From Eledone cirrhosa (taxonomy: Eukaryota): a stretch of DNA of 64,000 nt. Position numbers and translations under genes: made by a program. The DNA is taken from positions 7,874,001 through 7,938,000 of the forward strand of contig OZ024765.1 of the NCBI GenBank assembly GCA_964016885.1, in the 5' to 3' direction. Below, piece after piece: positions 1 to 13,801 of the stretch. The notes beneath the pieces were generated by a model. The model ran no database searches and was not told the origin of the DNA. It saw only the letters and a program-made list of their open reading frames with translations. Numbering within the stretch: position 1 is the first letter of the stretch; each line of letters starts with the position of its first letter.

Positions 1-266
1 TCAAAGAGGCCCTAAAAAACTGAAAAAATGAAGTTTTTCACCTAATGTGGGCCCTAGGCCATAAAAAAGTTGGATTTTCTTTGCTTACGGTATGAAGAAG
101 AGATTGACTAATACATAGTTACAATTTCCAGGAAATCGGTCTGAACATAAGTAACACACATGTAAAGTTTGAAAAAAAATCGGTTGGGTACTTCTTGAGT
201 TTTAGGGATTCAAACTCACAGACACACACACACACAGACAGACATCCTCAGTTTTATATAAATAGA
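1..266 (-). mobile_element. Non-autonomous Helitron-like element, 5' end (runs off window start)
   Basis: Minus strand begins TCTATTTATATAAAACTGAGGATGTCTGTCTGTGTGTG, a Helitron-type TC start with a (GTCT)/(GT) microsatellite. The flank matches an A|T site that is uninterrupted in other units (aaagata|ttaaaattg). Homologous to 50162-50280. Confidence 0.75.
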
Positions 267-584
267 TTAAAATTGTTTTATTGGGAATCTTGAAATTATA
301 TATATATTTTCTATCAAAATCTGTTCACAACTAAAAACACTTTATAACAAAATATTGTTTAATAAATTTATCTTTCTCTCTCTAAATAAACTTTTCAGTG
401 TTCTTAACAATTTTTCTGACACGAATAAAACCAGCGACATATTTTAATAAATGTCTTGTTTTAATAGACACCCTAATTTAGAGTAAACTTCATAATCTAC
501 ATCTGTTTTATCAACACCATATGTAAACCTCCATTGCCCCCTACTAAACAAAGAGCTATCCCAGAACTGTTTAGTGTTGGTTGT

Positions 585-884
585 CAGTCTGTCTAGAATA
601 AGGGTCACTCTGATATCAAAACCTGGATAGATGGGGCTCCTTTGTCACTTAGGTGACAACCTTTCAAGTAACCAACAACTTTATCTTGGTGATAAAGGGG
701 GACAACTGTGACTTGGTAGCCAGCTTCCGGGTAACGGCCAGGCGAGGTTTAGGGACTCACCAACGTTACTTTTTTTAATCTGAGGAGAAACATGGACATT
801 CAGCAACATGTAGGTGAACATTGATGCAATTGTCCATAGTCCCTGACCCTCAGCAGTGAGGGTGGGATCTATCATCATCATCAT
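585..884 (+). mobile_element. Retroposon (LINE/SINE)-like 3' end with stem-loop and (ATC)n tail
   Basis: Higher-GC segment ending in hairpin CCCTCA-gcag-TGAGGG followed by (ATC)n; six copies in the window. Family not identified. Confidence 0.5.
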
Positions 885-1491
885 GTAATGATATCACACA
901 GGAAGTATTTTAAATATATTAAACAAAAAATAAGGCTAATACTTCAAATTTAAACTTAATCACAGAGAAAAACAAAGAAAGAAATTGATTAATTATCGAT
1001 CTCATTACCTAATTGGTTATTGTAAATGTTCCAGATTCTCTTATAAAGAGATTCCAACCATGACCATCGGGTATATTTTGTATATCTAAACTAAAATAAC
1101 CATTATCCAATGTGTACTTCATTTCATAAGTTGGTGGGGGGGTGAAATTTGAGGAGTCATTTGACTTATTTCAAGCACGTTTAGACCCTTGTATAGCCAT
1201 CCTACATGATACATATTAGTAGTTATTTTGATAGCTAACGTAAATTATTTTGTTATTTACCATGGGTTGGATATAATTCGAGATGTTTCTGAAAGTATTA
1301 AAATATCGCAAGATATTATTTTGATATGACACCGGTAGCGTTCAGTCAAGGAAATATTTTCAACGTAACCAGGAACATATTTTCTTTTATAATTAGGTTT
1401 AATCCAGTTATATAAACAGAGTCCCAGGATATCTAAGACAAGAAACTGTATTATAATATATTATAATCAGAAATAATTCTCGGAAATTACT

Positions 1492-2544
1492 ATGGAGGAT
1501 GTTAAACAGTTGGACATTTCTAACACAACTACGTTTAACAATATAGATACAGTTACACAGACTTACAGTGGTGAGAAACCTTTATCTAATGAAACCTTTA
1601 CTGAACAAACATCGTTACGTGGAAATATTCCTGAATATTGTTGTGAGATTTGTAAGAAAACTTTCTCTTCAGAAGATGAAGTCATCACACACAAAGAAAC
1701 ACACAAGATTGAGAAACCTTACCACTGTGAAATATGTGGGAAATATTTTGCCATTAAGAAATATTTAACACAACACAAAAGAACACATACCGAAGAGAAG
1801 CCTTACCACTGTGAAATATGTGGCAAATCTTTTGTTTTTAATTCAGCACGTGTTATCCACAGACGTAGTCACACTGGAGAAATATTCTGTGAAATATGTG
1901 GAAAATCCTTTGGCTGTAATGGTCATTTAAAAATACACATAAGAACACACACTGGAGAGAAACCTTACCACTGTGAGATATGTGGCAAATCTTTTGCCAA
2001 TAATGATAATTTAAAAAGACACATCAGAACACACACTGGAGAGAAACCTAACCACTGTGAGATATGTGGGAAATCTTTTGCCAGTAATGGTCATTTAAAA
2101 ATACACATAAGAACACACACTGGAGAGGAACCTTACCACTGTGAGATATGTGGCAAATCTTTTGCCCGTAATGGTAATTTAAAAATACACATAAGAACAC
2201 ACACTGGAGAGGAACCTTACCACTGTGAGATATGTGGCAAATCTTTTGCCCGTAATGGTAATTTAAAAATACACATAAGAACACACACTGGAGAGAAACC
2301 TTATCACTGTGAGATATGTGGCAAATCTTTTGCCCGTAATGGTCATTTAAAAAGACACATAAGAACACACACAGGAGAGGAACCTTACCACTGTGAGATA
2401 TGTGGCAAATCTTTTGCCAGTAAGAATTATTTAACGGAACACGAAAGAACACACACTGGAGAGAAACCTTTCCACTGTGAGACATGTGACAAAGCTTTTG
2501 CCAGTAAGAATTATTTAAAAATACACATAAGAACACACACTTGA
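1492..2544 (+). CDS. ZNF1: poly-C2H2 zinc-finger protein, 11 fingers before a premature TGA
   Basis: C-x2-C-x12-H-x3-H repeats with TGEKP/TGEEP linkers; linker GGA replaced by TGA at 2542-2544. Confidence 0.85.
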   Translation: MEDVKQLDISNTTTFNNIDTVTQTYSGEKPLSNETFTEQTSLRGNIPEYCCEICKKTFSSEDEVITHKETHKIEKPYHCEICGKYFAIKKYLTQHKRTHTEEKPYHCEICGKSFVFNSARVIHRRSHTGEIFCEICGKSFGCNGHLKIHIRTHTGEKPYHCEICGKSFANNDNLKRHIRTHTGEKPNHCEICGKSFASNGHLKIHIRTHTGEEPYHCEICGKSFARNGNLKIHIRTHTGEEPYHCEICGKSFARNGNLKIHIRTHTGEKPYHCEICGKSFARNGHLKRHIRTHTGEEPYHCEICGKSFASKNYLTEHERTHTGEKPFHCETCDKAFASKNYLKIHIRTHT

Positions 2545-3063
2545 GAGGAACTTTACCACTGTGTGATATGTGGCAAATCTTTTGGCAGTAATGATAAATT
2601 AAAAATACACATAAGAACACACACTGGAGAGAAACCTTACCACTGTGAAATATGTGGCAAATCTTTTGCCCGTAATGGTCATTTAAAAATACACATAAGA
2701 ACACACACTGGAGAGAAACCTTACCACTGTGAGATATGTGGCAAATCTTTTGCCCGTAATGGTCATTTAAAAATACACATAAGAACACACACTGGAGAGA
2801 AACCTTACCACTGTGAGATTTGTGGTAAATCTTTTGCCAGTAAGTTTTATTTAACACCTCACAAAAGAACACACACTGGAGAAGATCTATTTCCTTGTCA
2901 GATATGTGGGAAATCTTTTTTAAATAATTCAAGATGTGTTATCCACAGACGTACACACACTGGAGAAATATTCTGTGAAATATGTGGAAAATATTTTGGC
3001 AGTAATGGTGATTTAAAAATACACATGAGAACACACACTGGAGAGAAACCTTACCACTGTTAG
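2545..3063 (+). pseudogene. In-frame continuation of ZNF1 (6 more fingers) beyond the TGA, ending at a GAG>TAG stop
   Basis: ORF 2563-3063 is in the same frame as 1492; fingers intact. Confidence 0.85.
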
Positions 3064-3078
3064 ATATGTGGCAAATCA

Positions 3079-3305
3079 TTGTGAAATATGTTGCAAATCA
3101 TTTTCTACTAGCTGTAGTTTAAGACACCAGAAAAGAACAAACATTGAAGAAAAACCTTACCATTGTGAAATATGTAGTATATCTTTTTCTGTCAAGGCTA
3201 ATTTAAGTACTCACAGAAGAACACACTCGGCTCGGAAAGCCTTTCATTGTTAAATATGTGAGCAAACTTTTGCTTTCAAATTGTAAACAGAGGAGAACAC
3301 ATGCA
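3079..3305 (+). pseudogene. Orphan degenerate C2H2 fingers ([17 protein letters not shown] type)
   Basis: ORF 3068-3253; same orphan block as downstream of the other genes. Confidence 0.7.
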
Positions 3306-4058
3306 TGTAGATCTAAATATATTGTCTACCAAGATGTACACACTGGAGGGAAGACTTTAAACTGTGAACCTTGCGAAATATTTCTCGTGTATATCTTAAT
3401 ATATTGTCTACCAACACACTGGAGGGAAGACTTTCGCGAGAAAGAAATTGATTAATTATCGATCTCATTAACTAATTGGTTTTGCCAATGTTCCAGATTC
3501 TCTTATAAAAAGATTCCAACCATGACCATCAGGTATATTTTGTATATCTAGACTAAAATAACCAATATCCAATATGTACTTCATTTAATAAGATGACGGG
3601 GGGTGAAATTTGAGGAGTCATTTGACTGTTATTTCTAGCACATTTAGACCCCTGTATAGCCATCCTACATGATACATATTAGTAGTTATTTTGATAGCTA
3701 ACGTAAATTATTTTGTTATTTACCATGGGTTGGATACAATTCGAGATGTTTCTGAATGTATCATAATATCGCAAGATATTATTTTGATATGACACCGGTA
3801 TCGTTCAGTAGAGGGAAATATTTTCAACGTAACCAGGCACATGTTTTCTTTTATAATTAGGTTTAATCCAGTTATGTTAACAGAGTCCCAGGATATCTTA
3901 GACAAGAAACTAAACTATTACATCTAATCTAATTATACTAATTATATAGTGTAAACAGAGTCCCAGGATATCTAGGACAAGAAACTGTATTATAATATAT
4001 TATAATTACATCTAATCTAATTATATCGTGTAAGCATCGTACCATCTCGGAAATTACT

Positions 4059-6345
<2,287 letters not shown>

Positions 6346-6349
6346 TAGA

Positions 6350-6690
6350 TCTAAATATATTGTCTACCAAGATGTACACACTGGAGGGAAGACTTTAAAC
6401 TGTGAACCTTGAGAAATATTTCTTGTGTATATCTTAATATATTGTCTACCAACACACTGGAGGGAAGACTTTAAACTGTGAACCTTGAGAAATATTTCTT
6501 GCGTATATCTTAATATATTGTCTACCAACACACTGGAGGGAAGACTTTAAACTGTGAACCTTGAGAAATATTTCTTGTGTATATCTTAATATATTGTCTA
6601 CCAACACACTGGAGTGAAGACTTTAAACTGGGAACGTAGAGAAATCTTTGTTATGTTAATCTAAATATATTGTCTACCAACACTTGGGTG
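6350..6690 (+). repeat. Zinc-finger-derived minisatellite (76/82-bp unit)
   Basis: Tandem cacactggagggaagactttaaactgtgaaccttgagaaatatttcttg...tattgtctaccaa; ctgg at 6381, 6457 and 6533 (period 76). Related arrays follow nearly every gene. Confidence 0.85.
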
Positions 6691-6988
6691 AATATTTATA
6701 GTGAAATAAATCTCTGTTAATTCTCATCTGAGAATTCCTTATTCCGTATATAAACTTGTTGATAAATATTTACACATTGGACAAATACATGTGTATATCA
6801 TTGTGAAATATATGGGGAATCATTCTGTGTGAAATAAGTCTACACTTGCACTCCTCACCTAAATACAGACTTGTGAGAAATAAAACTACATCAATATGAA
6901 ATTTGTGACAAAATAATCACTTATCTATGTAAATTGAAATACAATTTTATAAAGATATTAAAATTGTTTTATTGGAAATCTTGAAATT

Positions 6989-8158
6989 GTGAATTTTATT
7001 CACAGTTGTATATATAATATTACAAATTGTCCACAATTCTTTCAGAATGAAATTATATATTTGTGTTAAGATAATATTACAAATTGTCTGCAATTCTTTC
7101 AGAATGAAAATATAAACGGAGCATATAAATAACTTTACAGTAGAATAACAAATATGTTTTAAATATATACATAATTAATATTACAAATGCTTAGACAACA
7201 TTATGAATTGCTCGCGACTCATTCAAAAAGATATATTCTTTTAATGTTACAATATTAAAGAAAATGTAGAGGAAGGGGTGAACAACTGAGCCACCACCAG
7301 AGCAAAAGACAGCAGCAAGGAGTACCGGGCAACCCCTCTAATGATCTTTGAGGCAAGCCAGCACACTTGCAGCATTGCCTCGGATGATGGGGAGGCTAAT
7401 GGTCTGGAATAGCCAAGCGCCCTCGCTAGATTTTCCAGTGAAGAGAGGAACCTAGCAGTCAGTGGCCCGACTCCCCCAAATGTCTCGAAAGCCACAGGCT
7501 GAAAAGTGTAGCTGGCCGACAGATCAGCGTATTTGAGGGTCTTACTCCGCTCGTCTGTGGAAGCTGTGGCTCTCGTCCTAACCGCAGCATCCAGGATGTG
7601 GGAAAGAGCAAAACAGTCACAAACAGTGATGTCCCAGACAAGGCACGTGCCTCTCGACCAGGGGCACAGGGTAAGGCCCTCAGGTCTTTTGCCATCACTT
7701 CTGGACAACTCAGATAGATCCAAGACTGAGGGGATGTTCGCCCGGGCCAAAGCTCTCTTGAGAATGAGGATAGCTCCGTGTGACCCGCATTCAGGCGGCA
7801 AGAGAGACCGCGGGGGCCTGTGGAGTTGTGGAGTTCGCCGCACCGGCACCTGAAACCCATGCAGACGTCAGCTCCACTCTGAGAGCGATGGAGATACGAA
7901 GTTCGTCCAGGCTGTGTAGGCCACGGGCAAACTGATCTGACTGGACGAAGAGGGCCTTCGAACTTATGCTGTCCCAAGTTCTCTGACTTCACCTATCCTC
8001 CACCTTCTCAGGAAGAGACAACCCCAACTCACTCCATTGCTGGAGAGCTTCACCCAACTCCCTGATGGAACTAGTCCATGTTGGAGATGGGAGGATGCTG
8101 CTCACCAGGGTGGTGCAAGTGTGGGTGGAGGAAAGGAAGCAGGGGAGAGAGAGGGACA
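6989..8158 (-). mobile_element. 5'-truncated, decayed CRE-like non-LTR retrotransposon (zinc knuckle plus restriction-like endonuclease), copy 1
   Basis: Frameshifted peptides LDELRISIALRVGADVC..CRCG..GLSC..H, DGKRPEG..PW..LVWDITV..E.SK..KY..FQPVAFETFG and WLFQTISLPIIRGNAASVL; AT-rich 3' UTR with AATAAA. Empty site (gaaatt|atattttt) visible at ~40980, ~51850, ~58440 and ~63305. Confidence 0.85.
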
Positions 8159-8546
8159 ATAGTTTTTGTTTCAAAATCTGTTCACAATTGAAAACACTTT
8201 ATAACAAAATATTGATTAATTAATTTATCTTTCTCTCTGTAAATAAACTTTTCAGTGTTCTTAATTTTTCTGACCTGAATAAAACCAGCGACATGTAGAC
8301 ACTGGAGGGAAGACTTTAAACTGGGAACCTTGAGAAATCATTCTTGTGTAAATCTAAATATATTGTCTACCAAGATGTACACATTGGAGGGAAGACTTTA
8401 AACTGCGAACCTTGACAAATATTTCTTATGTAAATCTAAATATATTGTATACCAACCTGTACACATTGGTGAGAAGACTTTAAACTGTGAACCTTGAGAA
8501 ATATTTATGTAAATCTAGATATATTGTTTACCAAAATGTACACATT

Positions 8547-9033
8547 TAGTGGTGAACTTGCAGTTAACTGTTCGGCAATTCGTGGTGTTCGTGGAACAAC
8601 AAGATCTAGTCACAACAGTATGAACAAAGAACATTTATTTATTGAAGAACATATTTTTTAATCGTGTTTGTGAATGTGAACAAGCAGAATACATTGGAAC
8701 TTGTTAAGAGCACAAGGGTGTTTGCAGATAATACAATGTTAGCTCTAGTGGTTCTCAAGACATTATGGATGTCTAATATCCAGATGGTAGATTAAACACA
8801 GCACTCTCGGGTTAGCCATATTTCGAGCCACCTGTTGCACGTTGAGGACAGCAAATTATTACGTGTTTCTGGTCTGAAACTATCTGCTGAACTCATTGCT
8901 TTCGGTTTTGGCACAATGCATTACTCATCCGATAGATAGCTGTATCGGATCGCTGACTGGCTAATATTTAGGTGAGGTGAGTTAGTGCAACAGGGATCAG
9001 CGCGTGTAAATTGACTGATTTATCTGTTCACTA
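8547..9033. mobile_element. hAT-like non-autonomous DNA element, copy 1
   Basis: Ends TAGTGGTGAAC...GTTCACTA (imperfect TIR); degenerate 8-bp TSD tacacatt/cacacaat (cacacact in copy 4); interrupts the minisatellite unit. Confidence 0.55.
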
Positions 9034-9057
9034 CACACAATGGAGGGAAGACTTTAA

Positions 9058-9464
9058 CCCTTTAGCATTCAAACTGGCTGTATCCGGCCAGAACTCTCAC
9101 TTCTTTCTGTTCAAACCGGCTGTAACTGGCTGCTCACACCTACTTTAAGATATTGTTCTCAAAATAAATAATTGTTTCTACTTTAGGCACAAGGCCAGCA
9201 ATTACCCAGTGCATTACTGGTACTTTATTTTATCGACCCCGTAAGGATGAAAGGCAAAGTCAACCTCGGCGGGATTTGAACTCAGATCGTAAAGGGGCGT
9301 AACTATGCTGGAAAGCATGGCGTCCGACCCTCTACCGATACTGCCAATCCAATAAATAATATCAAAATCTTGTAGATTCAATTTTATGTGAGATAATTGT
9401 GTAAGATAAAGCCTTTACTGTGTAAATAAAATAGTAAATATGAAGTATTGTAAATGCTAAAGGG
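9058..9464. mobile_element. piggyBac-like MITE, copy 1
   Basis: TTAA|CCCTTTAGCATT...AATGCTAAAGGG|GTAA: 12-bp perfect TIR, inserted at the TTAA of the gactTTAAactggg minisatellite motif; right TSD mutated. Confidence 0.85.
9173..9350 (-). mobile_element. tRNA-derived SINE nested in the MITE, copy 1
   Basis: Minus strand has A-box-like TGGCAGTATCGG, B-box GAGTTCAAATCC and core GCCTTTCATCCTTACGGGGTCGATAAAATAAAGTACCAG; 10-bp TSD AATAAATAAT at 9163-9172 and 9351-9360. Confidence 0.85.
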
Positions 9465-10147
9465 GTAAACTGGGAAGCATGAGAAATATTTCTTGTGTAA
9501 ATCTAAATATATTGTCTACTAAATACATTCAATGTAAACATTTCTTTGTGATTTAAAATGTTTAAAATTTCTCTCACATCGTTGATTTAAAAAAGTGAAA
9601 TATTATAATATTTGAGAATCTGTAATTTATAAGAGTTACTTCTAGTTCTGATGGTGTCGTTGACTCCCTAACGTAAAGTAAGTTTAATACTTTAATCACA
9701 GAGAAAAACAAAGAAAGAAATTGATTGATTATCGATCTCATTAACTAATTGGTTTTGCCAATGTTCCAGATTCTCTTATAAAGAGATTCAAACCATGACC
9801 ATCACGTATATTTTGTATATCTAGACTAAAATAACCAATATCCAATGTGTACTTCATTTAATAAGATGATGGGTTAAATTTGAGGACTCATTTGACTGTT
9901 ATTTCTAGCACATTTAGACCCCTGTATAGTCATCCTACATGATACATATTAGTAGTTATTTTGATAGCTAACGTAAATTATCTTGTTATTTACCATGGGT
10001 TGGATACAATTCGAGATATTTCGGAATGTATCTAAATATCGCAGGATATTATTTTGATATGACACCGGTATCGTTCAGCGAGGGAAATATTTACAACGTT
10101 TGGAGGCACATGTTTTCTTTTATAATGAGGTTTAATCTAGTTATGTT

Positions 10148-10360
10148 AACAGAGTCCCAGGATATCTAAGACAAGAAACTGTATTATAATATATTATAAT
10201 TACACCTAATATAATTATATCGTGTAAACAGAGTCCCAGGATATCTAAGAGAAGAAACTAAACTATAATATATTATAATTACATCTAATCTAATTATATC
10301 GTGTAAACAGAGTCCCAGGATATCTAAGACAAGAAACTGTATTATAATATATTATAATTA
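10148..10360 (+). repeat. 79-bp tandem repeat containing the palindrome ATTATAATATATTATAAT, just upstream of the ATG (3 copies here)
   Basis: cagagtcccagg at 10150, 10229 and 10308; 1-4 copies precede every ZNF ATG. Confidence 0.9.
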
Positions 10361-10382
10361 GAGATAATTCTCGGAAATTAAT

Positions 10383-12401
10383 ATGGAAGATGTTAAACAC
10401 TTGGACATTTCTAACACTACTTTGTTTAACAAAATGGATAGAGTAACACAGACATACAGTGGTCAGAAAACTTTGTCTAATAAAACGTTCACTGAACAAA
10501 GATCATTACATAGAAATATTCCTGAATATTGTTGTGAGATTTGTAAGAAAACTTTCTCTTCAGAAGATGAAGTCATCACACACAAAGAAACACACAAGAG
10601 AGAGAAACCTTACCACTGTGAAATATGTGGGATTTGTTTTGCCAGTAGGAATTATTTAACACAACACGAAAGAACACACACTGGAGAGGAACCTTACCAC
10701 TGTGAGATATGTGGAAAATCTTTTGCCAATAATAATAATTTAAAAAGTCACATCAGAACACACTCTGGAGAGAAACCTAACCGCTGTGAGATGTGTGGCA
10801 AGTCTTTTGCCAGTAAAGCTCATTTAAAATTACACATAAGAACACACACTGGAGAGAAACCTTTCCACTGTGAGATATGTGGCAAATCTTTTGCCAGTAA
10901 TGGTCATTTAAAAATACACATAAGAACACACACTGGAGAGGAACCTTACCACTGTGAGATATGTGGAAAATCTTTTGCCAATAATAATAATTTAAGACAC
11001 ATCAGAACACACTCTGGAGAGAAACCTTACCACTGTGAGATATGTGGCAAATCTTTTGCCAGTAATGCTCATTTAAAAAGACACATAAGAACACACACTG
11101 GAGAGAAACCTTACCACTGTGAGATATGTGGCAAATCTTTTGCCAGTAATGGTCATTTAAAAATACACATAAGAACACACACTGGAGAGGAACCTTACCA
11201 CTGTGAGATATGTGGCAAATCTTTTGCCCGTAATGGTAATTTAAAAAAACACATAAGAACACACACTGGAGAGAAACCTTACCACTGTGAGATATGTGGC
11301 AAATCTTTTGCCTGTAATGGTTATTTAAAAATACACATAAGAACACACACTGGAGAGGAACCTTACCACTGTGAGATATGTGGCAAATCTTTTGCCAGTA
11401 ATGGTGATTTAAAAATACACAAAAGAACACACACTGGAGAGGAACCTTACCACTGTGAGATATGTGGCAAATCTTTTGCCAGTAATGGTGATTTAAAAAT
11501 ACACAAAAGAACACACACTGGAGAGGAACCTTATCACTGTGAGATATGTGGCAAATCTTTTGCCTGTAATGGTCCTTTAAAAAGACACATAAGAACACAC
11601 ACTGGAGAGAAACCATACCACTGCGATATATGTGGTAAATATTTTGCCCGTAATGATTATTTTAAAATACACATAAGAACACACACTGGAGAGGAACCTT
11701 TCCACTGTGAGATATGTGGCAAATATTTTGCCAGTAATGGTCATTTAAAAATACACAAAAGAACACACACTGGAGAGCAACCATACCACTGTGAAATATG
11801 TGGTAAATATTTTGCCAGTAAGAATTATTTAACGGAACACGAAAGAACACATACTGGAGAGAAACCTTTCCACTGTGAGACATGTGACAAATCTTTTGCC
11901 AGTAAGAATTATTTAAAAATACACATAAGAACACACTCTGGAGAGAAATATTTCCAATGTGAGATATGTGGCAATTCTTTTGCCAGTAATGGTCATTTAA
12001 AAAGACACGTACGAACACACACTGGAGAGGAACCTTTCCACTGTGAGATATGTGGCAAATCTTTTGCCCGTAATGATAATTTAAAAAGTCACGTAAGAAC
12101 ACACACTGGAGAGAAACCTTATCACTGTGAGATATGTGGTAAATATTTTGCCAGTAAGAATTATTTAACGGAACACGAAAGAACACATACTGGAGAGAAA
12201 CCTTTCCACTGTGAGACATGTGACAAATCTTTTGCCAGTAAGAATTATTTAAAAATACACATAAGAACACACACTGGAGAGGAACCTTACCACTGTGAAA
12301 TATGTGGCAAATCTTTTGCCCATAATGATTATTTAAAAATACACATAAGAGCACACACTGTGAAATATGTAAAAAATCTTTTGCCAGTAAGAATTATGTA
12401 A
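10383..12401 (+). CDS. ZNF3: poly-C2H2 protein, 22 fingers, frameshifted tail [16 protein letters not shown]
   Basis: 672-aa ORF; linker deletion near 12360 shifts the frame; remaining fingers run to 12673. Confidence 0.9.
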   Translation: MEDVKHLDISNTTLFNKMDRVTQTYSGQKTLSNKTFTEQRSLHRNIPEYCCEICKKTFSSEDEVITHKETHKREKPYHCEICGICFASRNYLTQHERTHTGEEPYHCEICGKSFANNNNLKSHIRTHSGEKPNRCEMCGKSFASKAHLKLHIRTHTGEKPFHCEICGKSFASNGHLKIHIRTHTGEEPYHCEICGKSFANNNNLRHIRTHSGEKPYHCEICGKSFASNAHLKRHIRTHTGEKPYHCEICGKSFASNGHLKIHIRTHTGEEPYHCEICGKSFARNGNLKKHIRTHTGEKPYHCEICGKSFACNGYLKIHIRTHTGEEPYHCEICGKSFASNGDLKIHKRTHTGEEPYHCEICGKSFASNGDLKIHKRTHTGEEPYHCEICGKSFACNGPLKRHIRTHTGEKPYHCDICGKYFARNDYFKIHIRTHTGEEPFHCEICGKYFASNGHLKIHKRTHTGEQPYHCEICGKYFASKNYLTEHERTHTGEKPFHCETCDKSFASKNYLKIHIRTHSGEKYFQCEICGNSFASNGHLKRHVRTHTGEEPFHCEICGKSFARNDNLKSHVRTHTGEKPYHCEICGKYFASKNYLTEHERTHTGEKPFHCETCDKSFASKNYLKIHIRTHTGEEPYHCEICGKSFAHNDYLKIHIRAHTVKYVKNLLPVRIM

Positions 12402-13228
12402 CACCTCACAAAAGAACACACACTGGAGAAGATCTATTTGTTTGTAAGATATGTGGGAAATCTTTTATGAATAATTCAGCACTTGTTATCCACAGACATA
12501 CACACACTGGAGAAATATTCTATGAAATATGTGGAAAATATTTTGGCAGTAATGGCTATTTAAAAAGACACATAAGAACACACACTGTTGAACCTTTCCA
12601 CTGTCAGATATGTGGAAAATCTTTTGGTAGGAGTTCTTCTTTAACAAGACACAAAAGAATACACACTGGATAAACCTTTCAGTGTTCTTAATTTTTCTTA
12701 CATGAATAAAAAACCACAGAGATATTTTAATAAGTGACTTGTTTTAATAGAAACTCTAATTTAGAGTAATCTTCATAATCTACATCTGTTTTATTAACAC
12801 CATATGTAAACCTCCATTGCCCCCCAACTAAACAAAGAACTATGTCAGAGCTGTTTAGTGTTGGTTGTTTCGTTGTGAAACATGATACAAGTGTATTCAT
12901 ACTGGAGAGAAACCATTCCCCTGTGAAATATGTGGCAAATGTTTTTCTAACTGTTATTTAACACAACACAATAGAACACACACTGCAGAGAAACCATTCT
13001 ATTGTGAAATATGTGGAAAATTATTTTCCACTAGCTGTAGTTTAAGACACCACAAAAGAACAAATATTGAAGCAAAACCTTAACAATGTGAAATATGAGG
13101 TAAATCGTTTTCTGTGAAGGCTAATTTAAGTACTCACAGAAGAACACACTGGTCAGAAACCCTTTCATTGTGAAATATGTCGGCAAACTTTTGCTTTCAA
13201 GTGGTAAACACAGGAGAACACATGCATG
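12402..13228 (+). pseudogene. Out-of-frame 3' fingers, stop cassette and orphan fingers of unit 3
   Basis: ORF 12467-12673 ends [14 protein letters not shown]; degenerate fingers follow. Confidence 0.75.
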
Positions 13229-13801
13229 TAGATCTAAATATATTGTCTACCAAGATGTACACACTGGAGGGAAGACTTTAAACTGTGAACCTTGAGAAAT
13301 ATTTCTTGTATAAATCTAAATATATTGTCTACCAAGATATACACATTGGAAGGAAGACTTTAAACTGTGAACCTTGAGAAATATTTCTTGTGTATATCTT
13401 AATATATTGCCTACCAACACACTGGAGTCAAGACTTTAAACTGGGAACGTAGAGAAATCTTTGTTATGTTAATCTAAATATATTGTCTACCAACACTTGG
13501 GTGAATATTTATAGTGAAATAAATCTCTGTTAATTCTCATCTGAGAATTCCTTATTCCGTATATAAACTTGTTGATAAATATTTACACACTGGACAAATA
13601 CATGTATATATCATTGTGCAATATATGGGGAATCATTCTGTGTGAAATAAGTCTACACTTGCACTCCTCACCTAAATACAGACTTGTGAGAAATAAAACT
13701 ACATCAATATGAAATTTGTGACAAAATAATCACTTATCTATGTAAATTGAAATACAATTTTATAAAGATATCAAAATTGTTTTATTGGAAATTTTGAAAT
13801 T

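Noticed and set aside
681-884. MMMM-initiated minus-strand ORFs (also 58728-59003 and 63639-63887)
   Set aside because: Met runs come from the (CAT)n microsatellite tail; ORF ends vary among copies.
7247-8174. ORFs 7247-7849, 7459-7992, 7533-7853 and 7989-8174 as host genes
   Set aside because: Frameshifted pieces or antisense of a dead retrotransposon fragment with no RT domain.
9260-9350. tRNA gene
   Set aside because: A/B boxes belong to a SINE head with TSDs; no convincing cloverleaf.
10600-12360. CRISPR-like repeat/spacer appearance of the 84-bp arrays
   Set aside because: Variable parts are short codon-level helix variants within an ORF; eukaryotic context and no cas genes.
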